Shown piece by piece: positions 10,498-18,339 of a stretch of DNA of 64,000 bases. Numbering within the stretch: position 1 is the first letter of the stretch; each line of letters begins with the position of its first letter. The notes under the pieces are model-generated. The model made no database searches. It was not told the DNA's origin and was given only the letters and a program-made list of their open reading frames with translations. Both the position numbers and the translations under genes were made by a program. Source of the DNA: an uncultured Bacteroidales bacterium (lineage in GTDB: Bacteria; Bacteroidota; Bacteroidia; Bacteroidales; VadinHA17); the NCBI GenBank assembly GCA_963698535.1, contig CAVORD010000003.1:627-64626 (forward strand), given 5' to 3'.

Positions 10498-11077
10498 ATT
10501 CGTGGTACCGGTTATGGTAAATGAGTTGGCCCCAAAAGCCAGCGGTACCAGCAGGTGTCAGCCAGCTGCCAGCCGGAGCCCTGTACCAGATGCTGTTGGG
10601 AACAACATTACGCTCAGCAACATCGTAAGTGAATGTGGCAGTTATTGTCTTACCTCCTGTTGATGTAACAACGTCCCAGTATTTTTTAAGAAAATTGAAC
10701 CCGTTCGTAAGATCCGGGACCGCAATAACCTGAATATTTCCTGTGGTGGCACTAATCGATGTAATGCTCATTGGCGAATAGTAGCCGCCGGAACCAACGG
10801 GGAACGTTATAGGAAGGACTGTTGCAGCATTCCGGATGAGCTTTCCCGTACTGTTGGTCTCAACCATTGATGAGGAACCAAATGTTCCCTGTATTGCATC
10901 TGTGGCATTATTCGAAATTGTTAGGTTCCTTGTATCGAGCCTCAGAATTCCATTCGTAAAATTCAATATGCCTGAAAGAGTGGTATTTGCCTGAAGTGAC
11001 TTTATCACCTCCTCCGGAAATTCCAATACCCTGATAGTTAACGCTGCCAAAAACGTTCTGATCACCTGCTCTGACAT
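10358..11077 (-). CDS. Giant adhesin fragment 2 (contains the first 'FPVG' module)
   Basis: The translation reads ...TLSGILNFTNGILRLDTRNLTISNN...ITFPVGSGGYYSPMSITS...WYRAPAGSW. The frame is lost in the C4A4 run at 10529-10538. Confidence 0.75.
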   Translation of the reverse strand: MSEQVIRTFLAALTIRVLEFPEEVIKSLQANTTLSGILNFTNGILRLDTRNLTISNNATDAIQGTFGSSSMVETNSTGKLIRNAATVLPITFPVGSGGYYSPMSITSISATTGNIQVIAVPDLTNGFNFLKKYWDVVTSTGGKTITATFTYDVAERNVVPNSIWYRAPAGSWLTPAGTAGFWGQLIYHNRYHEYDDHKHILVGKCTRNLLFISDRRLGNLQYMDNRPQRNNTGWNKYPG

Positions 11078-12482
11078 AATTGACAGAGCTTACCGATCCT
11101 GCAGTTGTCGTAAAGGTTGTAATAGCGTTATTAACACCATTAAGGTTCAGTTGGTGTGCAAGACCGGCTCCGGTCATCGTAATATTTCCGGTAATATCCA
11201 GCAGGTCACCTGTTACATTGACCGTCTTAGCTGCAACAGTACCAAAATTAAGAATTCCGTCAACAGTCAGATTGCCCAGGATATCAATCGTTTTAGCGGT
11301 GGTCCCGAGTCCAACGGTAACCCCGTTGTTAATGACCATGTCATTATTTACGCTTACCGGCAGGTTAAAAGTCTTGGTATTGTTACCCCCGGCGGTCAGA
11401 CTATTGAAAACAATTGACCCGGTACCTGATCCGTTAATAAACTGGGCTCCGTTTAATCCAAAAGTAAAGAGACCTGTTGTCTGATTAAAAGCATTGGCTG
11501 TGTTACTGTCGTTAGTAACGTTGGTTCCGGTGAAAGTAACATTTCCTGTTACCTCAAAAGTTGCCGGATTACTAATTAAGATATTGCCGGCAACAGATAT
11601 ATCCCCAATAACTGTTTTCTTCCCGGTCCCGGATAAGGTAATATTCCTGTATGTTGTGGGTGCAACACTCTGGTTGGCACCATTATAGTTTACGAAACCA
11701 GTACCGGCAGTGAATGTTCCGGCTCCGATGTTGAAATCACCGCCAATATTTATTATACCTGCACCGGTTACTGTAATTGCATTCTGAACTGCAGTTACCA
11801 TATTTATACCACCCGTAACATTTACTGTTCCGGTGCTTAATGATAGGGTATGAATCCTTGCCGGGTCGGCAGTTGTGACCATCGATACTGAAGCACAATT
11901 AAGTATACCAGTACCAACGGCCAGGGTCTGATCACCATTAACATTTACGCCGGGCACTGTATAGGTTACAGCTCCTGTTACATTAAGTGTCCATGCACCG
12001 CTGAAGGTCACTGACTCCAATGCAGTGTTTCCTGGTGCGAAGGTAAGAGCACCGATAGCGTTAGCAGGAGTTAAGTTCAGTGTTACCGCATGTGAGCTTC
12101 TGATATTAACGCTTCCAGTACCTGGTGCGGCACCAGGGTAGTCTCCTGCCAAACAGTTATTCCAGGCCCCTCCCGACCACACTTGCCAGACAGCATTGCT
12201 ATTCCAGTTACCTGTTGCTCTGGTCTGGTAATCACCATTTACCTGTGCGAAGGATATTGCTGCAAATAAAAAGAGTCCGGCAAGGGATAAGAATCCCCTC
12301 CTTAAATATCCTCTAACTGAGTTTACAGACCCTCCAGGGTTATTAACCTTGTTGGATTTTTTCTCTTCAGAACTCCATAAACTCGAAAAGGAATACCTTA
12401 AATATTCCGAAAATAGGCTTTTGCGTACCATATGGTCAGGTTCAATATTTATCAATAAAAATCGTATAATCTTGTACTTCAA
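10908..12482 (-). CDS. Giant adhesin, N-terminal fragment (signal peptide plus first beta-helix-like block)
   Basis: A 524-aa ORF with a hydrophobic h-region ending in AQ. It contains repeated GxxxVxxxG / NVTG-type turns. The frame is lost near 10995-11012 and continues in ORF 10358..11077. Confidence 0.8.
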   Translation of the reverse strand: MKYKIIRFLLINIEPDHMVRKSLFSEYLRYSFSSLWSSEEKKSNKVNNPGGSVNSVRGYLRRGFLSLAGLFLFAAISFAQVNGDYQTRATGNWNSNAVWQVWSGGAWNNCLAGDYPGAAPGTGSVNIRSSHAVTLNLTPANAIGALTFAPGNTALESVTFSGAWTLNVTGAVTYTVPGVNVNGDQTLAVGTGILNCASVSMVTTADPARIHTLSLSTGTVNVTGGINMVTAVQNAITVTGAGIINIGGDFNIGAGTFTAGTGFVNYNGANQSVAPTTYRNITLSGTGKKTVIGDISVAGNILISNPATFEVTGNVTFTGTNVTNDSNTANAFNQTTGLFTFGLNGAQFINGSGTGSIVFNSLTAGGNNTKTFNLPVSVNNDMVINNGVTVGLGTTAKTIDILGNLTVDGILNFGTVAAKTVNVTGDLLDITGNITMTGAGLAHQLNLNGVNNAITTFTTTAGSVSSVNYVRAGDQNVFGSVNYQGIGISGGGDKVTSGKYHSFRHIEFYEWNSEARYKEPNNFE

Positions 12483-12891
12483 TATATTAACAGCATCATC
12501 AGGAATCCCCGATTCTCAATATCGCAATTTCTGTCTTTTTATGCAATCAGCAGCTAAGATATATTTTTTTAGCATTCGCAAAACATCATAAAAACATAGG
12601 TTTCAACGGTTTTATTAAGACTTATCAACATTTTTTCTCAATAACCTTTTCTGCCACAGTAGACTTCAATAACTATAAGAATGGTTGCAGGGATGATTCA
12701 CTTTTAGCACTAATAATTCATATTTTTGATTAACGACCGGTTTTACCCTGCGAACTGTACTATTTTTTTGATTACGAAAGAAACAACTCTTTATGTGATT
12801 TAATTGCATCTATTCAGCTTTGTGGTAAGTTAAATGAGACAGTGATACAAATTTTATTACGACCATTGTTTGGTTATAAAAAAATGTAATC

Positions 12892-12899
12892 TATATTTG
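12892..12899 (+). promoter_or_regulatory. Bacteroidota-type -7 promoter element (TATATTTG) for tRNA-Val
   Basis: An exact TAnnTTTG match lies 12 nt upstream of the mature tRNA 5' end, with TTG triplets at 12864-12869. Confidence 0.55.
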
Positions 12900-12911
12900 C
12901 ATCCGATTTTA

Positions 12912-12986
12912 GGGCGATTAGCTCAGTTGGTTCAGAGCATCTGGTTTACACCCAGAGGGTCGGCGGTTCGAACCCGTCATCGCCCA
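12912..12986 (+). tRNA. tRNA-Val (anticodon TAC)
   Basis: A 75-nt cloverleaf folded by hand. The acceptor stem is GGGCGAT/ATCGCCC, the D arm GCTC..GAGC, the anticodon stem TCTGG/CCAGA with loop TTTACAC, and the T arm GGCGG-TTCGAAC-CCGTC. Confidence 0.9.
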
Positions 12987-12993
12987 CAACACA

Positions 12994-13029
12994 AAAACCG
13001 GTCACGAGAGTGGCCGGTTTTGTTTTTTT
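12994..13029 (+). terminator. Rho-independent terminator after tRNA-Val
   Basis: The stem aaaaccggtcac / gtggccggtttt has a GAGA loop and is followed by a T-run. Confidence 0.7.
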
Positions 13030-13103
13030 GGACGAGCACGGCTTGCCGTAGTGAGGACAATAAAAACAAAGACGGACCTCTGCGCAGCAGAGGGCGGTTT
13101 TTG

Positions 13104-13164
13104 TGTTGTTAGTGCCACCCTAACCGGCTCAACGAAGCGTAGCGGAGTTAACCCGTGTTCAAAA
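13104..13164. repeat. GC-rich intergenic repeat, copy 1
   Basis: tgttgttagtgccaccctaaccggctcaacgaagcgtagcggagttaacccg..gttcaaaa recurs 133 bp downstream. Confidence 0.85.
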
Positions 13165-13236
13165 CAAGAATCTGCGCAAATTATTAAGAGGTAAAATAAA
13201 CCGACATGACACCGAAGGTGGCATAACGGTTTGCTT

Positions 13237-13298
13237 TGTTGTTAGTGCCACCCTAACCGGCTCAACGAAGCGTAGCGGAGTTAACCCGGCGTTCAAAA
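13237..13298. repeat. GC-rich intergenic repeat, copy 2
   Basis: Near-identical to 13104..13164, with one extra base near the 3' end. Confidence 0.85.
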
Positions 13299-13326
13299 TT
13301 GCAATAGATCACTTTTGCATGATTAT

Positions 13327-13423
13327 CTAACCGGCTTCACCTGCGCCGCCACCTTCGCAAATGCTCTGGTGGCCAAAGAAGGCTTCGGTGAACGCAGTCA
13401 ACAAAGCGAAGCGGAGTTAACCC
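13327..13423. repeat. GC-rich intergenic repeat, copy 3 (split, degenerate)
   Basis: ctaaccggct (13327) and tcaacaaagcgaagcggagttaaccc (13398-13423; 2 mismatches in 26) flank a 61-bp insert. The insert contains the hairpin gccacc/ggtggc. Confidence 0.6.
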
Positions 13424-13549
13424 TATAACATTTTCAACTTCCTCGCCCTCCTAAACTTCTTAAACTTTTTTAACTAAATTCTCCTCTATTTATTTTCATT
13501 CTAAAGCCGTTTTTTACCTAACTTTAGTAGATATTAAACCCTATCCTCT

Positions 13550-14920
13550 ATGAAGTCAGGAATAAAATATTCAGCTATCATCGCCATTACCTTATCCATA
13601 ACGGCGATACTTTCCCTTTCTCTCAGACCTGAGAGCAAGTCAACGGAAGATCTGCAGGGAAAATACAAGTACAAGGATTTTGAATCTGCTAAAAAATGCC
13701 GTACATGCCATACCGGTATCTACGAACAGTGGTCACAGTCCATGATGTCGCAGGCTTACACGCATCACTGGGATGAGATAGAGTATTTCGACCTGGCTGT
13801 GGCTCACGGAGAGGTGGATCCTTTCTTTAAACCTGTGGCCGACGGTTGCAATGGGTGCCACACACCCATGGCATACATGAATGGCAGCCTGCCTCCTGCT
13901 CGTCCGGCGGAGAATACAATGGCCAACGAATCGGTATCATGCGAAGTATGCCACCTCACACGGTCGGCACAGACAGATCCCCCATTCAACTTCAGTTATC
14001 TCATTACACCGGGTTCAACAAAATATTCGTCACGTAAGGGAGGTGTTGAGTCACCTGCCCATAAGATAGTACAGAACGATTTCTTCCGTACAACCGAATT
14101 CTGTGGAAACTGCCACAATGAGAAAAATCCCTTCGACATCTGGGTAAAAAGCACCCAGCTTGAATGGAAAGAGGGTCCGTATGCAGCTGAAGGAGTAAGA
14201 TGCCAGGATTGCCACATGCCAAAAGGACCATACCAGACAGCAATTATGGGTTCCAAATATGATGATGCCCGCCTTCATCTCTTCCACGGCGCCCACGATC
14301 CGGGCAAGGTGCGAGGAGTGATAGAATTAAGGATACAGCCCGACATAAGGCTGGCTGAACCCGGGGAGACTGTAGTCTTTACCGTGGCTCTCTTTAACCA
14401 GAAAACCGGACATAAGTTCCCTACAGGATCAGTTGAAGACAGACTGGTATGGCTCGAGGTGGAAGCTGTGGATTCGAAAGGCAAAAAGTATCATCTCGAC
14501 GTAGATAAGAAAGGCTTTGAGGGTGAAGAGTACACAATTTCCGGTGATTACCTGGCTTACCAGGATATGGGTATCCCTCTCAGGATAAAGGACTTCAAAG
14601 GTGTCCAGCGCGACGGCATCCCGGCGGGTAACAGGATGTTCAGAATGCCTTACTTCGATAAGGACGGACAGATGACCATTATGCAATGGAACACCCATAA
14701 ACTGGGTACAGACTACCGAATTGGTCCGCGAGAGACAAAAGTTGAAACATTTACCTACATGTTACCATGGGATGTAGCACCCGGAGAACTGGTCGTAACA
14801 GCCCGACTGAACTACCAACTCCTCGTTAAACCGGTTGCCGATTTTCTTAAGGTACCCTCTGAAGAGTCTGATGTGCTTGAGGTAAACTACCATTCAACCA
14901 GGATTAAAATTCTACCCTGA
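13550..14920 (+). CDS. Pentaheme c-type cytochrome with a heme-free C-terminal domain of about 230 aa
   Basis: It has five CXXCH motifs (CRTCH, CNGCH, CEVCH, CGNCH, CQDCH), all within aa 50-222. The N-terminus is a hydrophobic signal or anchor. Confidence 0.85.
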   Translation: MKSGIKYSAIIAITLSITAILSLSLRPESKSTEDLQGKYKYKDFESAKKCRTCHTGIYEQWSQSMMSQAYTHHWDEIEYFDLAVAHGEVDPFFKPVADGCNGCHTPMAYMNGSLPPARPAENTMANESVSCEVCHLTRSAQTDPPFNFSYLITPGSTKYSSRKGGVESPAHKIVQNDFFRTTEFCGNCHNEKNPFDIWVKSTQLEWKEGPYAAEGVRCQDCHMPKGPYQTAIMGSKYDDARLHLFHGAHDPGKVRGVIELRIQPDIRLAEPGETVVFTVALFNQKTGHKFPTGSVEDRLVWLEVEAVDSKGKKYHLDVDKKGFEGEEYTISGDYLAYQDMGIPLRIKDFKGVQRDGIPAGNRMFRMPYFDKDGQMTIMQWNTHKLGTDYRIGPRETKVETFTYMLPWDVAPGELVVTARLNYQLLVKPVADFLKVPSEESDVLEVNYHSTRIKILP

Positions 14921-14948
14921 AATTAAACCAGTTATAATACACAACACC

Positions 14949-16139
14949 ATGAAAAAGTCCATATTACCCATTCTTATAGCAGTAATACTGCTATTCGGAA
15001 TCAATAATCATTCTTACTCAATCCCTGCCTTCGCCAGAAAATATCAGATATCATGTCAGGTGTGCCATGCACCAGCCATGCCGCGACTTAAGGCGTTCGG
15101 TGAAGAGTTTGCCGGAAACGGGTTCAGATTAGCAGAATACGAATCACCACGATATTTCATGCCTGCCGGTGATGAGAAACTATCACTCTTTAGAGAAGTC
15201 CCTCTTGCATTCCGCCTCGATGGATTTGCTACATTTAACTACGGAGAGGAAGGAAAACTCGATTTTGGATCTCCGTTTGTTCTTAAGATCCTTTCAGGAG
15301 GAGAGCTATCGGAAAAACTATCATATTACTTCTATTTCCTGCTGAATGAAAGAGGCGAAATTGCAGGGGTAGAGGACGCTTTTCTTATGTACAGCGACCT
15401 TTTTAATACGGGAATAAACTTCTACATCGGACAGTTTCAGGCATCTGACCCCCTCTTTAAGGGTGAACTGCGCTATACAATGGAGCCTTACCAAATTTAT
15501 GATGCTTCACCGGGAAACTCTTCTGTCAATCTAAAGTATGAACGGGGTATTATCCTGGAGAAAGGATTTAGCACCGGAACAACCGTCGTGGCAGAGATAG
15601 TTAACGGGAGCGGACTTGGAGCGGCCGGAGAAAGTTTTGTTTTCGACAAGGACAAGTATAAAAACTTCATGCTCCGCCTATCGCAGTCTATAGGCGACAA
15701 GGTGAGTATCGGAGTCTTCGGCTACAGTGGCAATGAGGATCTCGAAAACACAACCGGTACCTTTGTCAGCAGGATAACTATGATGGGCCCCGATCTCAAG
15801 ATAAACCTCGATGATAAACTGATCCTGAACCTTCAGTATTTAAGACGCACAGACTCCGATGTTTTCCTCGAATCTGACGGTTCAATGAACAGTGACATAA
15901 TGACCCACGGTGGATTTGCGGAGGTCATCTTCGCACCTAAAGGTGATAATAGCTCATGGTACCTGACGGGTCTTGTAAACTGGATCGAATCGGATATCGA
16001 CGACCTTGATTATATGTCGGCAACGATGCATGCCGGATACCTTCTCAGAAGAAACGTGAGGCTGGTATCAGAATATACAAGGGTTCTTTCCGGTAACCAG
16101 TACGGTAAAGCAAGCATTGGCTTCGTTTCCGCCTTTTAA
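14949..16139 (+). CDS. Fused monoheme cytochrome / outer-membrane beta-barrel (Cyc2-like cytochrome-porin)
   Basis: A signal peptide is followed by a single CXXCH (SCQVCH, aa 35-40), about 12 aa into the mature protein. The remaining 350 aa or so show alternating-hydrophobic beta-strand patterning and end in a C-terminal ...GFVSAF. The gene starts 28 bp after the pentaheme gene. Confidence 0.65.
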   Translation: MKKSILPILIAVILLFGINNHSYSIPAFARKYQISCQVCHAPAMPRLKAFGEEFAGNGFRLAEYESPRYFMPAGDEKLSLFREVPLAFRLDGFATFNYGEEGKLDFGSPFVLKILSGGELSEKLSYYFYFLLNERGEIAGVEDAFLMYSDLFNTGINFYIGQFQASDPLFKGELRYTMEPYQIYDASPGNSSVNLKYERGIILEKGFSTGTTVVAEIVNGSGLGAAGESFVFDKDKYKNFMLRLSQSIGDKVSIGVFGYSGNEDLENTTGTFVSRITMMGPDLKINLDDKLILNLQYLRRTDSDVFLESDGSMNSDIMTHGGFAEVIFAPKGDNSSWYLTGLVNWIESDIDDLDYMSATMHAGYLLRRNVRLVSEYTRVLSGNQYGKASIGFVSAF

Positions 16140-16229
16140 CGATCCCTGAATAAAGAGAGATCTTTCAGCGGATTCTATACTGATTAGAGGAAATATTCTT
16201 CTGCGAGGACAACCCCCGCGGTTTTGTAT

Positions 16230-16237
16230 TACTTTTG
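16230..16237 (+). promoter_or_regulatory. -7 promoter element (TACTTTTG) upstream of kup
   Basis: A TAnnTTTG match lies 27 nt upstream of the ATG at 16265. Confidence 0.4.
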
Positions 16238-16264
16238 CCGTCAGAATATGACACTCCAACTCTA

Positions 16265-18211
16265 ATGAGAAAGGCCGCAAACCCTAGCAGGATAAGCAAG
16301 TTAAGTACCGCAGGCGTACTCATCTCTCTGGGAATTGTATTCGGTGATATTGGCACATCCCCGTTGTATGTTATGAATGCTATCATTGGCAGCAGTAACA
16401 ATATCAGGGAAGAGCTCATAATCGGAGCACTTTCCTGCATTATCTGGACCCTCACCCTTCAGACAACAATTAAGTATGTTATAATTACCCTGAGGGCTGA
16501 CAACCGGGGTGAAGGTGGAATATTTTCACTCTTTGCACTTATCAGGAGGAGGTTTAAGTGGGCCTATGTTCTGGCAATTGCAGGTGGAGCAACTCTTCTT
16601 GCCGATGGCATAATAACCCCTTCTATTACTGTCGTTTCGGCCGTGGAAGGACTAAAGCTAATTAACCCATCGGTTCCTGTCATACCAATTGCACTGGGTA
16701 TCTTAATGACACTCTTCTTTGTGCAGCATCTTGGCACCAGCAATATTGGCAAGGCCTTCGGACCGATAATGGTAATCTGGTTCCTTTTCCTCGGTGTGAC
16801 AGGAATGTTCCAGTTGATATCAAATCCAATAGTCTTAAAAGCCTTCAATCCTTTCTACGCTGTCAAACTTATTGTAACTGCTCCTGAGGCCCTTCTTATT
16901 CTTGGAGCAGTATTTCTTGCAACTACGGGTGCTGAGGCACTCTATTCAGATCTCGGTCACTGCGGCCTTAAGAACATTAGGGCAGCATGGATCTTTGTCA
17001 AGACCATGCTTATTTTAAACTACCTTGGGCAGAGTGCATGGATACTAAAACAGGCCCCCTCAATTCAGGAGTTGCAGAATCCTTTCTTTGGCATGCTCCC
17101 TCTGTGGCTGGTCGGCCCTGCTATAATCCTTGCCACCAGTGCTGCCATAATAGCAAGTCAGGCCCTTATCAGCGGCTCATTTACCCTCGTTAGTGAGGCT
17201 ATGCAGCTTAACCTGTGGCCAAAAATGAAGAGACTATACCCATCCCAGATAAAGGGCCAGGTTTATATCCCTGTAATCAACTGGTTTCTTTTCTTCAGCA
17301 GCTCATCCGTTATTCTCATCTTCAGGGAATCGACCGCCATGGAAGCTGCCTACGGACTCTCAATTACCATCACGATGCTGATGACCACACTCCTGATGAC
17401 CTACTACCTCAGGCTCAAGCATGTACCTACTCCTTTTATTGTGGTCTTTGCCCTTATGTTTTTGTCTATCGAGGTTACCTTCCTTTATGCTAACCTTCTT
17501 AAATTTTTTAACGGAGGATGGATCACCATTGCAATTGCATCAGCACTGTTTCTCCTTATGTATGGCTGGTATAATGCAAGGCAACTCCGTAACAGGTTTA
17601 TGGTGTTTGTCAAGTTTAAAGATTACATGGAGCCTCTGCGCAAGATGAGCCAGGATAAGGATATTCCAAAGTATGCCACTAATCTGGTATATATCACACA
17701 TACTGATATGGATGATGAAATTGAGCGTAAGATCATATTTTCACTCTTCAACAAGAGACCTAAAAGAGCCGATGTTTACTGGTTCCTGCATGTCGACATA
17801 ATAGATACCCCTTATACTTTTGAATATAATGTTGTTCCTCTTATCGATGGTATAGCCTTCAAGATCAATTTCAGACTTGGATTCAAGGTCGAGCCGAGAA
17901 TAAACCTCTATTTTAATCAGGTTGTGGAGGATATGCAGAGATCAAATGAGATAGATCAACTGAGTAAGTACAAATCACTCCGCCCGTTCAATATTGCAGC
18001 CGACTATCAGTTTATAATAATTGAACGCATACCGAATGCCGATCACGCTAAAACATTCCACGACAAGATGGTCCTGTCAATATATAATTTCGCCAAATTG
18101 ATTGCCACCACCGATGTCAGGAATTTCAATCTCGACACAAGCCTCGTTGTAACAGAGCAGGTTCCTCTCGGTCTTGAAAAACCTATAAGTCAGAAGTTAA
18201 AGCGGGTATAG
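16265..18211 (+). CDS. kup: KUP/HAK/KT-family potassium uptake transporter
   Basis: It carries the GDIGTSPLY motif and is polytopic, with a C-terminal cytoplasmic domain. The start was taken at the first ATG (MRKAANPS). Confidence 0.9.
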   Translation: MRKAANPSRISKLSTAGVLISLGIVFGDIGTSPLYVMNAIIGSSNNIREELIIGALSCIIWTLTLQTTIKYVIITLRADNRGEGGIFSLFALIRRRFKWAYVLAIAGGATLLADGIITPSITVVSAVEGLKLINPSVPVIPIALGILMTLFFVQHLGTSNIGKAFGPIMVIWFLFLGVTGMFQLISNPIVLKAFNPFYAVKLIVTAPEALLILGAVFLATTGAEALYSDLGHCGLKNIRAAWIFVKTMLILNYLGQSAWILKQAPSIQELQNPFFGMLPLWLVGPAIILATSAAIIASQALISGSFTLVSEAMQLNLWPKMKRLYPSQIKGQVYIPVINWFLFFSSSSVILIFRESTAMEAAYGLSITITMLMTTLLMTYYLRLKHVPTPFIVVFALMFLSIEVTFLYANLLKFFNGGWITIAIASALFLLMYGWYNARQLRNRFMVFVKFKDYMEPLRKMSQDKDIPKYATNLVYITHTDMDDEIERKIIFSLFNKRPKRADVYWFLHVDIIDTPYTFEYNVVPLIDGIAFKINFRLGFKVEPRINLYFNQVVEDMQRSNEIDQLSKYKSLRPFNIAADYQFIIIERIPNADHAKTFHDKMVLSIYNFAKLIATTDVRNFNLDTSLVVTEQVPLGLEKPISQKLKRV

Positions 18212-18339
18212 CTCCCAGAGCATTCATAACTCTCCCTTTTAAAGACAAACCTTTGTGCTGAAGAGATTATTTCTCCTCCAATATTCTGTTTTTGGCAACA
18301 ACTGCTATCTCATTTTGTTACTATAGAAAATATAGTGCT

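Larger units (their letters stand above)
1..12431 (-). pseudogene. Giant cell-surface adhesin-like gene, more than 4,100 codons in the window; its 3' end runs off the left edge and its frame is broken about 10 times
   Basis: Ten overlapping minus-strand ORFs (10908..12482 down to 1..2049) continue one another's sequence when a 1-nt shift is allowed at each junction. The N-terminus has a signal peptide (GFLSLAGLFLFAAISFAQ). The composition is N/T/G/S-rich and beta-helix-like, followed by 88-aa PKD/Ig-like repeats. The first ATG is at 12431; the TTG at 12482 is an alternative start. Confidence 0.8.

Noticed and set aside
2550-11688. Many 60-135-aa ORFs antisense to, or out of frame with, the giant gene (e.g. 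8087..8428, 11080..11484, 6880..7158, 1571..2047 part of ORF 1571..2263)
   Set aside because: They are shadow frames of a long, compositionally biased repeat gene. Their translations are low-complexity and they do not continue across neighbours.
12870-13112. 80-aa plus-strand ORF
   Set aside because: It is fully occupied by tRNA-Val, its terminator and GC-rich repeats, so it is not coding.
12912-13300. tRNA-Val 3' end duplicated as an integration att site, bounding a genomic island
   Set aside because: The repeat core (gcggagttaacccg) only loosely resembles the T-arm (ggcggttcgaacccgtc). No integrase or other mobility gene is present, and I saw no clear composition shift in the cytochrome genes.
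13104-13423. Possible CRISPR array
   Set aside because: There are only 2.5 copies of a unit of about 61 bp, the spacing is irregular, one copy is split, and there are no cas genes in the window.
13550-14920. Assignment as NrfA pentaheme nitrite reductase
   Set aside because: It has no CXXCK heme motif. All hemes are compressed into the first 222 aa and followed by a long heme-free domain. There is no nrfH-like partner, and the partner is a heme-barrel instead.
16068-16455. Minus-strand ORFs overlapping the cytochrome-porin end and the kup start
   Set aside because: They are antisense to well-supported genes and have no recognisable motifs.
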